Source of the DNA: Candidatus Omnitrophota bacterium
Lineage (GTDB): Bacteria; Omnitrophota; Gorgyraeia; Zapsychrales; JBDRMG01
Reading direction: 5' to 3'
NCBI GenBank assembly: GCA_043812495.1
Contig: JBDRMG010000016.1
Span: 66,137 to 130,136 of the forward strand
Length of the DNA: 64,000 bases
This document shows, in pieces, positions 58,838-64,000 of the stretch. Each line of letters starts with the position of its first letter. Position 1 is the first letter of the stretch. Under the pieces are notes generated by a model. It was not told the DNA's origin. It ran no database searches and worked only from the letters and a program-made list of their open reading frames with translations. The translations under genes and the position numbers were made by a program.

Positions 58838-59629
58838 TTATTTAATCCATTTGACCGGAGGTTGCCGCAAATATCGTTCCTGAAAAATATCATCCGTTAA
58901 TCCAGCATCATACTGAATGTTCGAAAATTCCATTAACGTTTCTCCGCCGCGTTCAAAATCCGTGGCTTTGGACTGGACAACGGTCGGATAACCGGAAATA
59001 TTTTCCACCTTCAAGGCCTCAATGGTGCGAATCAGCTGATTCTGATCATTATAATATTCCGCCTTTACGGGAAGAAAATTGTTTTGATCAATCCAAATAA
59101 GATAATAAGCAAATTCGACTCCTTGTGTTTCCTTGGGCACGTTCTTGATCTTATAATACTTCTCATTAGTCTCAACCAGTGTATGGGTATCGGCCTGTGT
59201 TCCGCGGCCGGAGACGTCTTCATAGACAAAATGGGATCCTACAAAACTGGAACGTTTGTCACTTGACGCAATGCGACGCACCAAATCGAGCGCCGGCAGA
59301 TACAGCCAACGGTCATCATCCTTGCCGATATGATTCCAGACCATATAAACCATTTTGGCCACATCCGTAGGTTTTAAGAAATAAACATAGAATTTCTGTT
59401 CTTTGCCTTCCTCTATATTAAGGCGCAAGATGCGAAATTCCCGTATGCGCTTGCGTCCTTGCGCATCCGCAATGGTCATCTTAACATTTGATAGGCCGTC
59501 TGTCCCTTGATAATACGCAGCGAGATTCGCCCTGCGGACAATGCCATCAACGGTCAAATTTTGAGCATATCCGTTGCAAGCGGGCAAAATAAACAATCCA
59601 AATAAAATCGCAGAAATTATTCTTTTCAT
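58838..59629 (-). CDS. Outer-membrane lipoprotein-sorting (LolA-like) protein
   Basis: DDRWLYLPAL..VRRI, SFVGS.F.YED. Confidence 0.85.
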   Translation of the reverse strand: MKRIISAILFGLFILPACNGYAQNLTVDGIVRRANLAAYYQGTDGLSNVKMTIADAQGRKRIREFRILRLNIEEGKEQKFYVYFLKPTDVAKMVYMVWNHIGKDDDRWLYLPALDLVRRIASSDKRSSFVGSHFVYEDVSGRGTQADTHTLVETNEKYYKIKNVPKETQGVEFAYYLIWIDQNNFLPVKAEYYNDQNQLIRTIEALKVENISGYPTVVQSKATDFERGGETLMEFSNIQYDAGLTDDIFQERYLRQPPVKWIK

Positions 59630-59643
59630 TGTTGTCTCTCCTT

Positions 59644-59708
59644 TCAATGAGCCCGCCATTGATTCAGTGGCGGGCGAATTGACCCCGCACCTTTTATCTA
59701 TTCAAACA
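59644..59708. repeat. GA-capped element plus the left arm only of the ACCCCGCACC module
   Basis: Near-identical to 572-634; the closing arm is absent. Confidence 0.88.
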
Positions 59709-60020
59709 TATTATTGACTTTTTTTTTATTAAAGGAACGGTGGAAGTCAATATAAGGTCTTCTTTCTCGTATAGAGAAAATATTATTGACTGTTCCATTA
59801 ATAAGGAAAAGACCAATAGGGTGAAAGATTTGTCCTAACTTATTGGAAAAGAAGAAAATAGTTAAATTGAAAGAATGGCCCTGAGGTTCTTTCATGCACC
59901 CTAAATAAGAAAGAACCTTTAAATTATATCTCTTTTTAAGAGAAAAATCAATGAACTCTCGCAAGCAGAATGACACAAATATGGATTGGAATGTCTCAAT
60001 CACCGTCGAAGCTAGAAAAA

Positions 60021-61085
60021 CTATTTGGAAGGAGTTGCAGATTTCTGGCGGATGCTGTTGATGGCTACCGAGGTTAGCTGAGAAAGGGTTTTAACGGTTT
60101 CGATGTTCAATTCATTGAGATCGTTGTTTTCGTCTTTTGTGGAAAGATTCAACACGCCCAATACTTTATCTTTAGAAATGATAGGTGAAATAAGAGAATG
60201 CTTGATGTCCGATCGCTTAAGATAGGGCTGCAAGCGGTTGTTTTCGCTTTTTGTTCCATGAACGATAAACGAGGACCGCTCACGGGCGGCTAAGCCGGCA
60301 ATGCCTTCGCCGATTTTAATGCATGATTGCTGGGCAATCGTCCGGTCAATGCCTCTTGAAACGCGAATGGTCAAGTCGCCTTTTTCATCATCGACGATCA
60401 TCACGGATCCGCACTCCGTCTTGGTCAGTTTTAAAGCCGCTTCTAAAAACGTTATCAAAAGTTCATCCACATAAATCGAAGAATAAATGTCTTTGACTGT
60501 TTCCCGAAAATCGCTCGGTAAAACATCTTTCTTAAAGCGCTTTTTGTCCAAATCCTTTTGATGGATCTTTAAATGAACGATGTAACGGCCCACTTCATCG
60601 AGAAGATCCAGAATCGATTTTATTCCGACAAAGGAAAGAACACGAATCTCATTCATGACATCATGAAGGTTCTTGATTTCAATAGCGAGATTCGCGGCGA
60701 TTTTCTTATATTCGCTTTTATCCAAACGTTTATTAAGGACAACGGGGCCGACAATCATATAAGCGATTGGATTTTCGTCTTGCGCGCAAATGGGAATGGC
60801 AAAGCTATGAAGATCAAATTGATAATTATACTCCAGGTAAAATCCGTGTTTCTTGAATTTTTCCAAAAACTTTGAATGTTCGCTAAGTAAATCAAAGCCA
60901 ATCGGCGAAGAGGCAAGAATCTCCCAGCCGTAACGTCCTTTCTGCGGAGGAAGGATTGTTTTTCCTTTTTCGTCGACAATAAAGATATTAATGCGCAAAA
61001 CATCAATGAAACGACTCAAAATCTCAGCCCATTGATCTTTGTCGATGAGTTCTTGCGCTATATGCTTGGGTTGATTTTGTTCCAT
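60021..61085 (-). CDS. PocR-like sensor + GAF domain protein with no output domain
   Basis: FAIPI...IAYMIVGPV; IGEGIAG..A, VLGVLNL. Confidence 0.7.
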   Translation of the reverse strand: MEQNQPKHIAQELIDKDQWAEILSRFIDVLRINIFIVDEKGKTILPPQKGRYGWEILASSPIGFDLLSEHSKFLEKFKKHGFYLEYNYQFDLHSFAIPICAQDENPIAYMIVGPVVLNKRLDKSEYKKIAANLAIEIKNLHDVMNEIRVLSFVGIKSILDLLDEVGRYIVHLKIHQKDLDKKRFKKDVLPSDFRETVKDIYSSIYVDELLITFLEAALKLTKTECGSVMIVDDEKGDLTIRVSRGIDRTIAQQSCIKIGEGIAGLAARERSSFIVHGTKSENNRLQPYLKRSDIKHSLISPIISKDKVLGVLNLSTKDENNDLNELNIETVKTLSQLTSVAINSIRQKSATPSK

Positions 61086-62476
61086 TATTGACCTTTTTTA
61101 AATGGAATACTATACTTTTTCATCTTATTGTATAACGTCGTGCGATTAATGCCCAAATGAGCTGCCGCTTTATTGCGATTCCAGTTTGTCTCATTCAAAG
61201 CAGATAGGATGACCTCGCGTTCCGGCTTTTCAAGAATATCTTTAAGAGACTTGCCATTGGTCGCCATAGTCTTACCGGAATCAAACTTGGATGCGTTAGG
61301 GAAATCCCATTTATTCAGAATGTGTGTTTTGGTCATAATCACAGCGCCCTCGATAGCATTTTCTAGCTCGCGCACATTTCCGGGCCAGCTGTATTCCATA
61401 AACAATTTTCTCACCTCATCGGATATGTTTTCAACTGTTTTGTTATTTTTCTTACTGTACTTCTCGATGAAGTACTTACTTAAAGCGTCAATATCGTCCT
61501 TTCGTTCGCGTAACGGCGGCATTTCGATGGCGATCACGTTAATGCGGTAAAAAAGGTCTTCACGAAATGTATTCTCCATAACAAGATCAGCAAGATTTTG
61601 ATTCGTCGCAACGATAATCCGCGCGGAAGTTTTTCGTGTCTCATTTTCGCCCACGCGCTCAAAGACATTGTCCTGAAGAACACGTAAAAGCTTGACCTGA
61701 AGATTCGGAGAAAACGCATCAATTTCATCCAAGAAGATTGTTCCGTCTTTGGCGTATTCAAAGCGGCCAATTTTATCCTTAATGGCTCCCGTAAAAGCAC
61801 CTCTCACATGACCGAAAAGTTCACTTTCTAAAAGCGTCTCCGACAGGGCTCCGCAGCTGACTTCGACAAAGGGTTTATCCGACCGGTTGTGATCCATTTG
61901 ATGGACGGCGGTCGCCACAAGCCCTTTTCCGGTTCCGCTTTCTCCGCTAATCATGACGGTCGCATGCGAGCTTGCGACCGATTCGATGATATGATAAACT
62001 TTTTGCATTTTATCGCTACCGCCGATCATGTCACAAAAAGATGTGCGGTTTGTCTTTGCAATGAGCTGTCGTAAATTGCGATTTTCTTCCAGGATCTCTT
62101 TTTTCTCGATGATCTTTTTGATAATCAGCTTGATCTCATTGTCATTGATGGGCTTCGTGATATAGTCGTACGCGCCTTTTTTCATGGCTTCGACAGCCGT
62201 CTCAATGGTTCCAAAACCCGTGACCAGAATGACATCGACATTGTTATTCTTTTCCTTGATATGAATCAAAAGATCGATACCGCTCATTTTAGGAAGCTTC
62301 AAATCAGTGATGACGATGTCAAAGCTGTCTTCATGGATGATTTTTATTGCTTCTTCCGCGCTTGTCGACATAAACGCCTGGTATCCTTCAATGCGTAAGA
62401 TTTCATAAAGTGAATTACGAATCAAAGGTTCGTCGTCAACGATGAGAATTCTATATTTATTTATTTCTGGCGACAT
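61085..62476 (-). CDS. Sigma54-dependent response regulator (NtrC family)
   Basis: REC domain, GESGTGK, GAFTGA, WPGNVRELEN, Fis HTH. Confidence 0.95.
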   Translation of the reverse strand: MSPEINKYRILIVDDEPLIRNSLYEILRIEGYQAFMSTSAEEAIKIIHEDSFDIVITDLKLPKMSGIDLLIHIKEKNNNVDVILVTGFGTIETAVEAMKKGAYDYITKPINDNEIKLIIKKIIEKKEILEENRNLRQLIAKTNRTSFCDMIGGSDKMQKVYHIIESVASSHATVMISGESGTGKGLVATAVHQMDHNRSDKPFVEVSCGALSETLLESELFGHVRGAFTGAIKDKIGRFEYAKDGTIFLDEIDAFSPNLQVKLLRVLQDNVFERVGENETRKTSARIIVATNQNLADLVMENTFREDLFYRINVIAIEMPPLRERKDDIDALSKYFIEKYSKKNNKTVENISDEVRKLFMEYSWPGNVRELENAIEGAVIMTKTHILNKWDFPNASKFDSGKTMATNGKSLKDILEKPEREVILSALNETNWNRNKAAAHLGINRTTLYNKMKKYSIPFKKGQ

Positions 62477-63770
62477 GTTCCGGCTTTAAAGGCAATTGAA
62501 TTAAAAATGTTGTTCCTTTGTTCTCTTCGCTATGAATATTGATCTTCCCATTATAGTTTTTGACGATTTCACTCACGATCGTTAAACCCAATCCGCATCC
62601 CTTATCAATATCCTTGGTTGTAAAAAATGGCTCAAAAATCTTATCACTCAGTTCCGATGGAATTCCGCAGCCCGAATCTTTAACCCGTAGGCATAAATCC
62701 CCGTCATTCACATTGGCTGAAATTGTGATCTCGCCGTCTTGCTTAATGGCATCAATGGCGTTTCTCATAAGATTAGAAATAATGCGTTCGATGCCGTAAT
62801 CCATAATTTCAGGAAGATCTTCGTCTAATTTCTTTTCAACAATAATATTCTTATGATAAAGTTCGATCTTGATGTATTCGATCACTTCTTCTATCGCATG
62901 AGCAATATGGGTTTTCTGCAGTGTTGGCGGTGCTTGACGAGAACAGGCCAAAAGACTTTTGACGATATCCACCATACGGTTTAAGCCTTGCTTGGCCTCT
63001 AAAAGATAGCTATAAACAACATCATCATCCTTGATATGATCTAAGGATAAATTAACATAGCGCAAGACCCCATCTAAAGGATTATTCAGTTCATGGGCAA
63101 TGCCTCCCGTTAATTTTCCTATGGAGGCTAACTTTTCCTGCAAGATGACCTGCTTCATCAGCCGGTCGGTGACTTCACCGCTTTTTCCTAATTCAACCTT
63201 AAGTGATTTTGATTCTTTTTCAAGAGTATCGAATTTCTCATAGAGTTGAATACGCCGATAATTGAGAGCCATTTGGCTTGCCAGAAAATCCAATAACTGT
63301 AATTCGTGCTTGCTGAAACGCTCACCGGTCTCTTTATCGGCGATATTGATCACGCCGATCAGCTGGTCTTTAATCATCAGGGGCATACAGATAAAAGACG
63401 GTGTGGTGTATTTCTGCTTTGGTTTATAGTTCTTAAATCGGCTATCGGTTGAAATGTCTTCAACAAAAAGGGCTTCCTTTGCAGCCGCGACTTTTCCAAC
63501 GACATCTTCACCCAATCTTTTAACCAGCTTTTCTTGTTCCGCAATTTCCATGCCTTGCGCAATCTTTAGAATCAGTTCTGTTCCGTCATCATTCAGAATA
63601 AAGATAGAACCTCTCTTGGCCCCAAAAAGATCCATAGTCTTTTTTAAAGAAATTTCTAGTAAATCCCGGGCATTAAGGACTACCGCGACAGCGTTACAAA
63701 TATCCTGTATGCGCTTAAAGAGATCCTCTCGCGTTAATTCTTTTAAATGCGGGTCTCCGGATAGAGTCAT
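62457..63770 (-). CDS. GAF-domain sensor histidine kinase
   Basis: AHELNNPL, NAIDA, DSGCGI, FFTTK, GLGL. Confidence 0.93.
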   Translation of the reverse strand: MTLSGDPHLKELTREDLFKRIQDICNAVAVVLNARDLLEISLKKTMDLFGAKRGSIFILNDDGTELILKIAQGMEIAEQEKLVKRLGEDVVGKVAAAKEALFVEDISTDSRFKNYKPKQKYTTPSFICMPLMIKDQLIGVINIADKETGERFSKHELQLLDFLASQMALNYRRIQLYEKFDTLEKESKSLKVELGKSGEVTDRLMKQVILQEKLASIGKLTGGIAHELNNPLDGVLRYVNLSLDHIKDDDVVYSYLLEAKQGLNRMVDIVKSLLACSRQAPPTLQKTHIAHAIEEVIEYIKIELYHKNIIVEKKLDEDLPEIMDYGIERIISNLMRNAIDAIKQDGEITISANVNDGDLCLRVKDSGCGIPSELSDKIFEPFFTTKDIDKGCGLGLTIVSEIVKNYNGKINIHSEENKGTTFLIQLPLKPEHVARNK

Positions 63771-63771
63771 A

Positions 63772-64000
63772 TTATTCCTTTATGCGGACGTCCAAATCAG
63801 CGGCTTTGAGCGTCTGGACGCTTTTAATCATTTCTTTAATCAAGGAGGCAAGCGGATGATCCGGCCTTTGATTCAGAATATCCCGATAGACTTTAATAGC
63901 TAAATCCTTATCCTGCAACTTAGCCAATGCAATCAAATTGATTGATTTAAATATGGATTCGGCCGTATTGGGATGAGGGTATTTTAACAAAGACGCGCTC
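63772..64000 (-). CDS. C-terminus of a probable TPR-like protein (partial)
   Basis: Frame open to the window edge; A..VY..IL...P pattern. Confidence 0.5.
   Translation of the reverse strand, partial: SASLLKYPHPNTAESIFKSINLIALAKLQDKDLAIKVYRDILNQRPDHPLASLIKEMIKSVQTLKAADLDVRIKE

Noticed and set aside
59698-60003. 101-aa minus-strand ORF
   Set aside because: It is an F/K/N-rich translation of AT-rich, hairpin-containing intergenic DNA that ends inside a repeat.

Overview
A 64-kb bacterial chromosomal segment, almost entirely on the minus strand. It encodes lipid A genes, so the organism is diderm, and PFOR plus a class II RNR suggest an anaerobe. The gene content resembles a PVC-group organism such as Ca. 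Omnitrophota, but that is inference only. The left part is housekeeping: metK, an NTP transferase, ptsI-ptsH-yvcK-ptsN, three tRNAs, frr-pyrH-tsf-rpsB, and msbA diverging from gnnA-lpxB. It also carries GH161 and GH65 phosphorylases, pilus-associated proteins, an EndoQ-UvrD pair, a diguanylate cyclase, nrdJ with NrdR boxes and a sigma54 two-component system. The most unusual signals are non-coding. (1) A dispersed modular palindrome family has TCAAT-GA...GA-ATTGA ends and strand-specific tandem G.A mismatches, and six of its eight copies abut a Shine-Dalgarno sequence. (2) Two tandem c-di-GMP-I riboswitches are each interrupted by 41-nt hairpin units and precede a dockerin-only secreted protein. 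(3) A divergent c-di-GMP-I-like aptamer lacks the tetraloop/receptor but has a clear terminator/antiterminator, upstream of a ~956-aa PilX-like protein. No CRISPR array, rRNA, transposase or integrase was seen.
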